A stretch of DNA of 44,199 nt from a virus, in the IMG/VR virus record IMGVR_UViG_3300022924_000007, positions 1 to 44,199 of that record. One strand, written 5' to 3'. Below, piece after piece: positions 32,094 to 41,093 of this stretch. The notes beneath the pieces are model-generated. The model saw only the letters and a program-made list of their open reading frames with translations. It did no database searches and had not been told where the DNA came from. Numbering within the stretch: position 1 is the stretch's first letter; each line of letters opens with the position of its first letter. A program made the translations under genes and the position numbers.

Positions 32094-32744
32094 TTATCGT
32101 GTCCTTACTTGTCGGTTTTTCATAATGATAGGACCGTCTGCATGTCGGTATCCGTATCGTGCTACTAACATATTTAGTAGGTTGTTGTACTGTTGGCCAA
32201 TAACTGCAGCTTGGTCATAGTCTTCGTTTCGTTCTTGAATGCGTTTAAAGGCACCTAGTACGAGAAGCTCACCGAATTCTTCTGGTACATCTGGCACATC
32301 AGCGTTGTCAACTAGAGTAGTTGGTTTCTTAATGTAGAAGATGTTCATTGTGTATTCAGCGTCAGTTGGTCGGTTGAGGAGCATGTTATTTGCATAAAGA
32401 CTCCACACCGTAACCTCACCGGCTTCGTTGTTTGTCGGAGTAGGGTAACGAGAGTTAAAGTCTCGGAAAGCTATATAGCTATCTCTGAGGTCCTTCTGTT
32501 TACCGTCCGGAGATGTGATCGTTTGTGATTGAACCAAAGCTACATCATCAGGAAATTTGAACATTGCTGTTCCTATTGGAATCGTACCTGAGAAGATTTT
32601 CTCCTGGAACGAAAGCTCATACTGATTAAAGATGTCTCTCTGGGTGTCATTGATGAAGTGGTCTACGATGCTTGGGTCGAATTCCTCATCATCCAGTTTA
32701 TCGACAATTACTCGTTGTCGGATTCCTGCTAGGTTATATTCCAT
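32094..32744 (-). CDS. tail adaptor / tubular A-like protein, 216 aa
   Basis: Assigned by position and size only. Confidence 0.4.
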   Translation of the reverse strand: MEYNLAGIRQRVIVDKLDDEEFDPSIVDHFINDTQRDIFNQYELSFQEKIFSGTIPIGTAMFKFPDDVALVQSQTITSPDGKQKDLRDSYIAFRDFNSRYPTPTNNEAGEVTVWSLYANNMLLNRPTDAEYTMNIFYIKKPTTLVDNADVPDVPEEFGELLVLGAFKRIQERNEDYDQAAVIGQQYNNLLNMLVARYGYRHADGPIIMKNRQVRTR

Positions 32745-32753
32745 TGTTATTCC

Positions 32754-34322
32754 TTAAAATGTACCTTTTGATATTAGTGTATTGGTGTAAGTTCCCTCTT
32801 GAGCTTCATTAGCTTCAAAGTTTCCACCGTTGGCGAAGTCTGGTACATAAAGTGTTCCTTCACCGATACTTGTTGGGTCGAACTCTCCAGTAGGTTGATA
32901 GTCTGGATTGTATATACCGCCACCAATATATTTATTGTATGTGCGGAAGACACCACCCTGTTCCTTGTCAGACAGTTTGAATACTGCAAATTTACCAGTC
33001 TGTGTCTGTGTGACAACTGCTGCAACTCTGAATCGTCCTGTTTGCGTCTGGTTATTGATGATAGTAACACGGAATGTACCGCTTTGAGTCCTATCGACTG
33101 TGGCCATGACGTTGAACTTACCAGTTTGCGTCTTGTCATTCGTGAGTGATACACGGAATTGACCAGTCTGGGCTTGTGTAGTGAGCTTGTATACTCGGAA
33201 CACACCAGTTTGGTTTCGTGTGATATCAGCTCTAACCCTAAAGATACCTGTTTGGTTCTTTGTTGTTACTGCGTATACTCTGAACTTACCAGTTTGAGAT
33301 TGTGTTGTAAGTTGTACAACATTAAACTTACCGGATTGTGTTCTATCGAGTGTTCCTTGAACCCTGAAAATACCTGGTTGGTTTTGACTTGGTTCATTGG
33401 CTACTCGGAAGAGTCCAGTTTGAGTTTGATCTGTCGTAACAGCGACACGGAAGACACCGGTTTGCGCCCTGTCTGTTGTTGCTTGTACCCTAAACTTACC
33501 GGTTTGGGTTCGATCTAATGTACCCTGCGTTCTGAATATACCCGTTTGAGTACGTGTCAGTATTCCGGTTGTTCTAAATTTACCAGTCTGTGTACGAGAA
33601 GCTATAGCTTGTGTACGGAAAACACCTGATTGTGTTTTTGTAGTAACTGCAAATACCCTGAATATACCACTTTGTGTCTTTGTTGTAGTAATGTTGAGAG
33701 CACGGCTTACTTCACCTGCAGATTGCATACCCCATACAGATGAACCGTATCCACCTACGATCGTATTTGTAGGGAAAGCCGCTGGTACCGCTTGTACTCT
33801 GAACACACCACCTTGAGTCTTATAGTTTAGATAGTCACCCAGTATTGCATATGCATAATCTGTAGACTGAGACGCAACAGTTCCACCTACACTTGTGGTG
33901 TAAGAGTATTTACCAGGTATGTTCGCACCTTCGTTTCGCCAGTTAAGGTTGTTTCCGAATGTACCACCACTATATTCAATACCTATAAAATATTGTCCGT
34001 TAGGTATCAATAAACCTGCACCAGCAAAGTTAAAATTTGGGTTAGAGGTTGGAGATGTACTAAGTACAGATGCAGATATAGGTGTTGTATATAGCTGTGC
34101 ACCCTGTGCAAGTGAACCATCGCTATTGACTATTGCTCTATACAATGATAGATTAAAGTTTCCTGGTGGGGTCCCTGACTTATATAAACCTAGCGTAATG
34201 GTCGTTATTGCAACAGGACCGCTGTTAATGATAAATGACTGAGATACTGCATTGAATGTACCGCTACCAATTAAGGTATCGAAATTGTTTGAGCCTGAGT
34301 TGCTATCAATTATTGCTGGCAT
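32754..34322 (-). CDS. fibre-like protein, 522 aa, with 18 consecutive 14-residue repeats (x-x-T-Q-T-G-x-F-R-V-x-x-x-x)
   Basis: The repeats are read directly from the translation. The Q-[TS]-G triplet recurs every 14 residues from about aa 216 to 457 with no indels. Confidence 0.7.
   Translation of the reverse strand: MPAIIDSNSGSNNFDTLIGSGTFNAVSQSFIINSGPVAITTITLGLYKSGTPPGNFNLSLYRAIVNSDGSLAQGAQLYTTPISASVLSTSPTSNPNFNFAGAGLLIPNGQYFIGIEYSGGTFGNNLNWRNEGANIPGKYSYTTSVGGTVASQSTDYAYAILGDYLNYKTQGGVFRVQAVPAAFPTNTIVGGYGSSVWGMQSAGEVSRALNITTTKTQSGIFRVFAVTTKTQSGVFRTQAIASRTQTGKFRTTGILTRTQTGIFRTQGTLDRTQTGKFRVQATTDRAQTGVFRVAVTTDQTQTGLFRVANEPSQNQPGIFRVQGTLDRTQSGKFNVVQLTTQSQTGKFRVYAVTTKNQTGIFRVRADITRNQTGVFRVYKLTTQAQTGQFRVSLTNDKTQTGKFNVMATVDRTQSGTFRVTIINNQTQTGRFRVAAVVTQTQTGKFAVFKLSDKEQGGVFRTYNKYIGGGIYNPDYQPTGEFDPTSIGEGTLYVPDFANGGNFEANEAQEGTYTNTLISKGTF
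32937..33686 (-). repeat. 42-nt coding tandem repeat array (18 units) inside the 522-aa gene
   Basis: Protein periodicity of 14 aa mapped back to nucleotide coordinates. The units have diverged at the DNA level. Confidence 0.8.
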
Positions 34323-34361
34323 TGTATTGTTTTATTCTTCCATTGTATTGAAGTTAGTTGT

Positions 34362-34472
34362 TTAAGCCCTACGGCCGGTTGCTGACCAAAGTACGGTTAG
34401 TGCTGGAGTCAATACTCCTAGCAAGTTATTTGCTTGGAATGTAAAGTTTGTCTTTGTAATAGTCTTAACCAT
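34362..34472 (-). CDS. micro-ORF, 36 aa
   Basis: Hand translation MVKTITKTNFTFQANNLLGVLTPALTVLWSATGRRA; it starts 2 nt after the upstream stop. Confidence 0.3.
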   Translation of the reverse strand: MVKTITKTNFTFQANNLLGVLTPALTVLWSATGRRA

Positions 34473-34473
34473 A

Positions 34474-34773
34474 TTACGCTGGACCTATCGCTAACCACTG
34501 AACACCTAGCGAACTAGATGCATAGCTTTGTCGTAATGTAGCACCTGTTGTACTAATTCCGTAAGCCCTAGCATCTTGTGCACCTGGGTCGTTCAAGTTA
34601 ACCATTACTTTAGGCGCTTGACTGAATGCAATAGGGAATGTAATTCCAGAACCTGTACTGGTTGCTGGATTCTCTCCCCACTGTATCAATATACCACCTA
34701 GTATAATCGAACCACTACTGTTTGCATTCTGCGAAAAGTTAGTCTGTGCGTTATTTATTTTCTGTTTAGCCAT
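34474..34773 (-). CDS. small fibre protein consisting of a gp53-like C-terminal module, 99 aa
   Basis: ILIQWG...ITFPIAFSQAPKVMV...GVQWLAIGPA is a paralogue of the 29184..29636 C-terminus. Confidence 0.55.
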   Translation of the reverse strand: MAKQKINNAQTNFSQNANSSGSIILGGILIQWGENPATSTGSGITFPIAFSQAPKVMVNLNDPGAQDARAYGISTTGATLRQSYASSSLGVQWLAIGPA

Positions 34774-34782
34774 TTTATTCCC

Positions 34783-36018
34783 CTATGCTATCTCGTACAT
34801 TATTTGTAGTCCAAGAGTTCGTTTGTTTCCACTTGCAGTGAATGGAGATCCACCAGTGTCTTTAGTTAGGACTAATACTGTTGCGCCACTATTGATTGTC
34901 ATTAAACCTGCACTTGATACACCGTTATCAACTGCTTGACCAATTGCAGACCAAACGGCATTAGCGACTGTAGCAGCGGTAAACGGTAAGCTGATCGTGA
35001 AGTTAGATGAGTTACTTGTACCATTTGTTATCTGATTTATAAATAATGTACAAAGTTTTCCTTCAAGGAAATATCTATATACACCAGTAGGGTTAGCAGA
35101 AAATCCCGTTAACGTAGGTGTCCATGCTTGAGCGGTGCCTGATAAAGAAGATATAGGAAATTGCCCATTCGAGTCAAGGACTGCGAGTGCATTAGCTGAA
35201 GGCGTAGCAGTTGCGTGGTATCCGTCTACTGTATCTGCATTTCCTGATACGCTGATCTGGAATTGGTAGTTAACCATAATGTCGTCACCCGTAAGTGGAG
35301 CATCTGACATTGTAAATGAACCGGTTGATGGGTTCGTTTCTGTGAAGTGAACTCCACGTTTTTGCTTTACACCGTTAACGAATACCTCTAGTGTTCCTGG
35401 ACCATAAGATACACCCAATGTAGTGTAAGTAGTATTGCTACCATTTACTAAACCACTAGGTACTTCGTCTGTCTGGAAGCTGCTAGAACCGTTAGTGAAT
35501 ACTTGTGAACCAATAATAGTATTAGCTACGAGTACCGCTCCTGTTGTAGGGGCTGTAACGAATGTAATAGTCGTGTTGTTGGTAACAGTATAATCTGAAC
35601 CACCACCGGCCATACGTACACCGTTCTTAAATACCTCTACTGAAGTAAATGCTGGAAGCGTATAAACCTTGTTTGAACTGTTAACCAGTCCTGATGGTGT
35701 TAGACCATACGAAATTGAACCAGTAATATCCTCAGCATAAATACCGTTAGATATAATCCAACCAGTAGCTACGGTCTGTGCGGTTGTAGTCTTCTGTGCA
35801 CGAGTGATCGTGAATGTATCAGTCGATACTGCAGTGACTAAAACAACTTCAGCAGTAGCATAGTTAGACAAGCTTGCCGGAGGTGTGAGTGTGGCATAGA
35901 AAGGTGCTGCTGGGAAGTAGCTTCCCGTACCCGAAGTAACTGTCAAGCTAGTACCTGCTGTAGGTGTGCTTGGAGCAGTAACCACGAATGAGGAGGCGAG
36001 GTTTTTGAAATTAGCCAT
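34783..36018 (-). CDS. fibre / head-fibre-like protein, 411 aa, with two copies of a ~70-aa module
   Basis: Internal duplication: ...VYTLP..VEVFKNGVRM..GSDYTVTNNTTITFVTAP and ...TYTTL..LEVFVNGVKQ..GVHFTETNPSTGSFTMSDAP. Confidence 0.55.
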   Translation of the reverse strand: MANFKNLASSFVVTAPSTPTAGTSLTVTSGTGSYFPAAPFYATLTPPASLSNYATAEVVLVTAVSTDTFTITRAQKTTTAQTVATGWIISNGIYAEDITGSISYGLTPSGLVNSSNKVYTLPAFTSVEVFKNGVRMAGGGSDYTVTNNTTITFVTAPTTGAVLVANTIIGSQVFTNGSSSFQTDEVPSGLVNGSNTTYTTLGVSYGPGTLEVFVNGVKQKRGVHFTETNPSTGSFTMSDAPLTGDDIMVNYQFQISVSGNADTVDGYHATATPSANALAVLDSNGQFPISSLSGTAQAWTPTLTGFSANPTGVYRYFLEGKLCTLFINQITNGTSNSSNFTISLPFTAATVANAVWSAIGQAVDNGVSSAGLMTINSGATVLVLTKDTGGSPFTASGNKRTLGLQIMYEIA

Positions 36019-36430
36019 CTATTGTAATTATCCGTTTCTGTACTTTGCCGTGTTCATCTTTATATTCGTATCCGATATTGTAGTTAACTACATACGGTTC
36101 TTGCCATTCACCATCTACATTTTCCTGATTCATGTCTCGGAAGTAGATTAATTTGTTTTCTCCTGATGGGCCTATCTGGTACCGGAGCCCATTTTGCGTG
36201 AAAGTTCCAGAGTTGAGTTCTAGTTCAACTTTGTGTTCTTCATTTAAAATAGCGAACAGTACAAGGGGGCTTGTTTCGGAGTATTCAATAATATCTCGGA
36301 ATGATGAGGGATTCCATTCTGAAGTATCATCGTGTTTACTATAACGGTCATCCTCCGGCTGTTGGATTATGTGTCCATCAGCGAAGGTTGCCGTCCATAG
36401 AAATTTGAGAGGTTGCTTAGTAGTTGACAT
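36011..36430 (-). CDS. hypothetical structural-module protein, 139 aa
   Basis: Track ORF overlapping the next gene by 8 nt. Confidence 0.55.
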   Translation of the reverse strand: MSTTKQPLKFLWTATFADGHIIQQPEDDRYSKHDDTSEWNPSSFRDIIEYSETSPLVLFAILNEEHKVELELNSGTFTQNGLRYQIGPSGENKLIYFRDMNQENVDGEWQEPYVVNYNIGYEYKDEHGKVQKRIITIDG

Positions 36431-36451
36431 TGTATTGTGCTTTCCTTTTCC

Positions 36452-36976
36452 TTAGTTTTCTGAGTAACGTAGTGTAAGCGTTAGAGTAGCTGAGTCACCT
36501 GTTGGTGTCGTACCAGTTGTTCGTGCTTGTGTCGCCAAGTACTGCGTGTATCCTGCAGCAGCGAGAGTCGTAGTTGGGCTTGCGCCTTCTGGACCTACTG
36601 TTGAGAAACTGACAGCTGCACCTGAAGTGATGGCGATTACTGTGCTAATGTCTGACAATGCACCGTTGGCTGCTTGAGCTGGGGTTGCATATGTGCTAGT
36701 GACTGCACCGTAAAGGCTTGCACCTGTTGGTAGTGCTCCTGCCGTGTGTGCGAAAAGACCGTTTGAAATCTGGTTGAAAGTTCCTGTGAACTTACCGAAC
36801 TGGTATTTCGTGAAGCTGTTAGCTCCCTGGTTAATCGGAGCAGCGGAATAGGCGGTTGCTACGTCATCTACAGCTTTCCAGTTTACTTGCGTAACTGCGG
36901 TGTTTCGAGTTGTTCCCTTTGCAGGTGAACCCGTTGCTGCACCGTTGTCTTCGTTGAATTCAAATGTAGCTGCCAT
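36452..36976 (-). CDS. Ala/Thr/Gly-rich protein, 174 aa (capsid decoration / minor capsid candidate)
   Basis: It lies directly after the capsid-gene terminator. The function is inferred from composition and position only. Confidence 0.45.
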   Translation of the reverse strand: MAATFEFNEDNGAATGSPAKGTTRNTAVTQVNWKAVDDVATAYSAAPINQGANSFTKYQFGKFTGTFNQISNGLFAHTAGALPTGASLYGAVTSTYATPAQAANGALSDISTVIAITSGAAVSFSTVGPEGASPTTTLAAAGYTQYLATQARTTGTTPTGDSATLTLTLRYSEN

Positions 36977-37002
36977 TTATTTTCCTTTGTATGTTTATTA
37001 TA

Positions 37003-37030
37003 AAAATAACCCCCTCCGTTATGGAGGAGG
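37003..37030 (-). terminator. rho-independent terminator downstream of the capsid gene
   Basis: The minus strand reads cctcc-ataac-ggagg followed by ggttatttttataataa. Confidence 0.65.
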
Positions 37031-37066
37031 TCATAGTTTGAGTTATTCAGTAATTTAATCCGTAGA

Positions 37067-37918
37067 TTAGAATGTACGTGAGATAACAACAGCGTGGTCA
37101 GAACGAACAACTTTCGCACCAAACAATGTAGAACCGGCAATGATGTCCGCTTTCATTAGAATGTTACGGTCGTATTCGACTTCTGGCTTCAACTGAACTG
37201 CAGCTGCGATAGCTGACTTGTGAATGAGAAGGAACTTAGCTTGTGCAGTTGGAGTAGTACCAGTTGTTGCAACAGCGTTAGTAACCCAGACTGGTGTGTT
37301 GTAGATTGTACCTACAAAACCGTCTTCACCCTTAACTAGTCCAGCTTCACCTGTCTTTTCGTACATTACGAATTCTGCGACTTTGCGGAGGTCCGCTAGT
37401 CCGAGTCCGTTAACGATAAGAGTACGGCCGTCTGTAGGGACGTTCTTGCTGTCTAGGATTTGGTGTGCGTCAACAATTGAGTTGAAGGTAAGGCTTGCGA
37501 TAGTAGCAGGTTTGTTAGCTGTATCGAAGTTATTCCAAAGACCCAAGATGTAAGCGTCGATAGCATTTGCAAGAGCGAATGAGATACGGTCTACGTAAGG
37601 AGCACGAAGCTCGTACTTAGATTGTTTCTTAAGCATGTCTTGGATGCGTACTGGAACACCCTTGTACTGGTCAACGACCAAGAGTTGCTCTGTAGGAGTA
37701 GCGTCTTGTACGGTCATTTCTGTACCTGGGACAATTGTTTGTGCGGTTAGTTCTGGGATTGCTACGATGTGAACTGTGTCACCGTGGCTAAGAACTGAAC
37801 TCTCGTATTGGTGGTCAACTGCTTTAAGAGCAACTAACTTGTTACGACGGTTTTCCTGGATTTCGTTTGCCCAGATTTCGTCGATGAACACGCCACCATT
37901 AGTAGGAGTCATAGTCAT
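37067..37918 (-). CDS. major capsid protein candidate, 283 aa
   Basis: It follows the portal and a scaffold-like gene and is followed by a terminator (the high-expression pattern). I recognised no diagnostic motif. Confidence 0.6.
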   Translation of the reverse strand: MTMTPTNGGVFIDEIWANEIQENRRNKLVALKAVDHQYESSVLSHGDTVHIVAIPELTAQTIVPGTEMTVQDATPTEQLLVVDQYKGVPVRIQDMLKKQSKYELRAPYVDRISFALANAIDAYILGLWNNFDTANKPATIASLTFNSIVDAHQILDSKNVPTDGRTLIVNGLGLADLRKVAEFVMYEKTGEAGLVKGEDGFVGTIYNTPVWVTNAVATTGTTPTAQAKFLLIHKSAIAAAVQLKPEVEYDRNILMKADIIAGSTLFGAKVVRSDHAVVISRTF

Positions 37919-37961
37919 TTTGATGTTTTCCTTTTGATGTTATATTTTTTGGAGTTTGTTT

Positions 37962-38762
37962 TTAATACAAATCACCACGAGCTACTGCTTCGTCAAGTAA
38001 CTTAACGTGCTCTGCATTGTTCGAGTCATACTCATTTTGAACCCATGCGAGGTCAATTTTACTTGAAGTTGGAGCTGAACTTGATGCATGTGCAGCAGGT
38101 GCTCCGGCGTTAGATCGTTGGTTAATAGATTCCCTTTCCTCACGGCGAATAGCTTCCTCATTTGCTGAAGAGCCACTTGATTTGCCTGAACGGGCCTGGG
38201 CTAGGTCATATAGTGTATCTAAATCATTACTCAAAGCTTTAGCGTAGTTTTTGTCTACGGCTTTCTTTTCGTTAAGGATTTCGACCATGATTGGTTCAAG
38301 AGTTTTATCACGACCATCACCAGCCCAAAATTGACTGGTTTTTTGTTCGTAACGGAACTGATTGAATTCACCACGGAACTTTTCTTCGTCTGTAGCATCC
38401 GGTTTAACTTCTGAAAGCGATGTGCTTACGTCTGTTAATTTGGGGCTATCTTGACTTCTAAAAGCCTTTTGGTTATCGCTGGCAATCTTAAGTAGCTTCT
38501 TTTCTCGATCGGACAGTGAAGAATATTCTTCTTCATTGATGCCCTGAGATTTAGCAAACTTTGCAAGACTATCATCAGTGTTGACTGCGCCTTCTGGTTG
38601 GTTATTTGTTGGCGTAGTCGTTGATACTGCCTCTTGCGATTGCTCACCTGAGATAGTTTCCTGATTTGACTCCGCCGGTGCTGGGACTATTACTTCATTG
38701 CCAGTAGGCTCAGGAACTGAGGCTGGTTGTGTAACAGGTTCTCCGGTAAGGGATTCTGACAT
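37962..38762 (-). CDS. scaffolding protein candidate, 266 aa
   Basis: Acidic, Ser/Glu/Gln-rich and helical; located between the portal and capsid genes. Confidence 0.5.
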   Translation of the reverse strand: MSESLTGEPVTQPASVPEPTGNEVIVPAPAESNQETISGEQSQEAVSTTTPTNNQPEGAVNTDDSLAKFAKSQGINEEEYSSLSDREKKLLKIASDNQKAFRSQDSPKLTDVSTSLSEVKPDATDEEKFRGEFNQFRYEQKTSQFWAGDGRDKTLEPIMVEILNEKKAVDKNYAKALSNDLDTLYDLAQARSGKSSGSSANEEAIRREERESINQRSNAGAPAAHASSSAPTSSKIDLAWVQNEYDSNNAEHVKLLDEAVARGDLY

Positions 38763-38800
38763 CTAGGATACTCCTTGTATTCTATTAATTCTGTGAAATG

Positions 38801-39106
38801 CTATGCGTCATCGGTTGTTGTATAATTTACATAACCTTCAACGTATGTTTTTACTATATCATATCCTACGCTTCTTTGCAATAGCGCAGCAGCATTTTCC
38901 CTGTTAAAAGGAAGTTGTTCTGCACTTTCATCAGAGAATGTATTGATAGGGCCTTTAGCCTCTAGGATAGCCATATAGTCTTGGAACTCAATGTATTCCA
39001 TGAGTTTCTTGTAAGCGGTGGTTCGTGAGAACGCTTGCCACTCGTTACTAACAAGGCGGTTTTCTAGTTCCGCCTCGCTAGGTTTGGTGTTGGTTTCTTT
39101 TGCCAT
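38801..39106 (-). CDS. hypothetical protein, 101 aa
   Basis: Track ORF between the portal and scaffold genes. Confidence 0.6.
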   Translation of the reverse strand: MAKETNTKPSEAELENRLVSNEWQAFSRTTAYKKLMEYIEFQDYMAILEAKGPINTFSDESAEQLPFNRENAAALLQRSVGYDIVKTYVEGYVNYTTTDDA

Positions 39107-39109
39107 ATA

Positions 39110-41092
39110 CTATCTTCCTGTCTTAGGTTTTGAACTAGCAGGTAAGACACCGCTAGGTTGTGTACTACGTGTACGTCGGATGTTATTAGAGTTGCTATCA
39201 GCGCCTCCACCACCTTGATTACCACGTTGTGTCGCTTTACCACGAGCCGTTGCACCGAATGATGCATAACGGTTCTCTTTTTCCTCACCACCTTCACCAC
39301 GTAGGGCTGCAGCTGCATCAGGAGTAACCTGTGCGTTAGCTTGCGCCAGTGCTGGGTCGATAGCTTGGCCATCTGGTCCCATGATAGGTGTTGGCACCTT
39401 AAGTAGTTTCTCGATGTCGTCTTTAGGCATATCTGGGAAGATAGCTTCGTACATCTTTCGTAGGAACTCTTGCTGGTTAACCAGTGGGTTGTTAAGGCTG
39501 AACTGTGCAGCAACTTGCATACTTTGAGCTACTTGAGCTGCTTCTGCATTAGCTGAAGATTCAAGGATAACTCGTGGTTCATATTCACCGTTGTAAGTAT
39601 CAGGAGCATATGTCTTCCATTCAATACCGTTGTTTCCAACAATACGAACTGCCATAGGCTGATCAACAAATATCTGAATCATCTTAAAGATAATACGTGA
39701 TAGTTGTGCGAATCCTTCGTCTTCAAGGTTTTGTACCTTAGTAGTAAATCGTGTAGATGCTTGGTTAAGCTGTGCTTGTACTTCAGTAGCCGTTGTACGA
39801 CTAAACTTCTGTGCAACACCTTGGACCGCTGCATCTGCTGCAGTAGCTGTACGCATGACTTGTGTAAGTCGTGTAATTTCAGTGTCTGCTGCCGGACTAA
39901 CATCATTCTTCTCGATAGGAGTAAGCGCTCCCTTTGGAATTGGGAAGACTGCACCTGGTTCAGAACTGATCTGTTCTGCAAGATGTTTGAATCGAGGGTC
40001 AATTTGCCACATGTTATTAAGCGCATACGCAAGGTTATCTCGCTTCTGGCTTGATGTGTCATTTAACGCTTCCTGTGTAGGAAGGATTACTTCAATATCT
40101 CCACGTGCAAAGAATAGGTTACTATCTACATAGTTACGCAATACTGCAAATGGTAAGAATCCCTTAATCTCTGGAATATTAATAGTTCCCTGAACAGTTT
40201 CACCATCTACGACTGATGTAGTAGGTACTGATTTAGCTGGTCGTGAGAATGGGTTCTTGTCTTCAAAGATAATAGTGCTACGGTTAGCAATCATAATCTT
40301 CTTACGGCGAGTAAAGTAAACAATGACTTCGATCTGTTCTTTAAGAGCGTCTTTACCTAGAGTAGAACCGAGGAATTGTTCCTTACGGTCTTTATCTAGC
40401 TTGTCATCATCAGCTGTACTTGATTGAATCTTATCAAGGTTCTTGTACTTCATCTTAAGTTCAGCAGTATCAGGGTCAATAGACCATTCTGATTGCAGTT
40501 CAGCTAGGCTTGTAAGGTAACGATACCCTGCAAATCGAGCATATCCTGGCTCTTCTGGACGGTTAAGGTGAGTAGAAGTAGGGTCTACGAAGAAATCGGT
40601 TAGTGGAATGTGCTGGATGAGTGGCTTGTCGCCGTCCCATGATACCATAAACACACCGTTACCGTATACAATCATGTCTCCGACCCAGTTAAGGACCTTC
40701 TCAGTCATGTTGTTTTGAGCCCAATAGAAATCAACAAGGCTGTTCAATACAGTCGTGTCTTGTTCCTGCTCTTCTCGTAGTGGCATATATTTGAATTTAG
40801 GTTTTGTGCCGGCAATAGCTGCTTTGAGTGATTCCACGATAGAGAAAGTCTCTGGGATGAAGTCATCAGCAGTACCGTCATAGCCCCTTCGTGTACGGAT
40901 TCCGTTGTAAGCCTTAAAACACTCTTCCCAAATTTCTTGGTAGTTGTCTTTCACATACTTACGGGCACGGTCGAAGTCTTGCATAACGACATTGATTAGA
41001 GCATCGTCTTTTCGCTTGACATCGGCTTCAACTAGTCGTTCAGAGTTATCTTCTCCGTTGACTGGTTTTACTGGTTTAATTTCTGGGTCCAT
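39110..41092 (-). CDS. portal protein, 660 aa, with a basic Gly-rich C-terminal tail
   Basis: It lies immediately downstream of TerL, coupled by a 1-nt gap, and has the size typical of portals. Confidence 0.7.
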   Translation of the reverse strand: MDPEIKPVKPVNGEDNSERLVEADVKRKDDALINVVMQDFDRARKYVKDNYQEIWEECFKAYNGIRTRRGYDGTADDFIPETFSIVESLKAAIAGTKPKFKYMPLREEQEQDTTVLNSLVDFYWAQNNMTEKVLNWVGDMIVYGNGVFMVSWDGDKPLIQHIPLTDFFVDPTSTHLNRPEEPGYARFAGYRYLTSLAELQSEWSIDPDTAELKMKYKNLDKIQSSTADDDKLDKDRKEQFLGSTLGKDALKEQIEVIVYFTRRKKIMIANRSTIIFEDKNPFSRPAKSVPTTSVVDGETVQGTINIPEIKGFLPFAVLRNYVDSNLFFARGDIEVILPTQEALNDTSSQKRDNLAYALNNMWQIDPRFKHLAEQISSEPGAVFPIPKGALTPIEKNDVSPAADTEITRLTQVMRTATAADAAVQGVAQKFSRTTATEVQAQLNQASTRFTTKVQNLEDEGFAQLSRIIFKMIQIFVDQPMAVRIVGNNGIEWKTYAPDTYNGEYEPRVILESSANAEAAQVAQSMQVAAQFSLNNPLVNQQEFLRKMYEAIFPDMPKDDIEKLLKVPTPIMGPDGQAIDPALAQANAQVTPDAAAALRGEGGEEKENRYASFGATARGKATQRGNQGGGGADSNSNNIRRTRSTQPSGVLPASSKPKTGR

Positions 41093-41093
41093 T

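Noticed and set aside
32937-33686. 42-bp periodic repeats as a possible CRISPR array or satellite
   Set aside because: The periodicity lies within a long intact ORF and is conserved at the amino-acid level rather than the nucleotide level. There are no invariant repeats with variable spacers.
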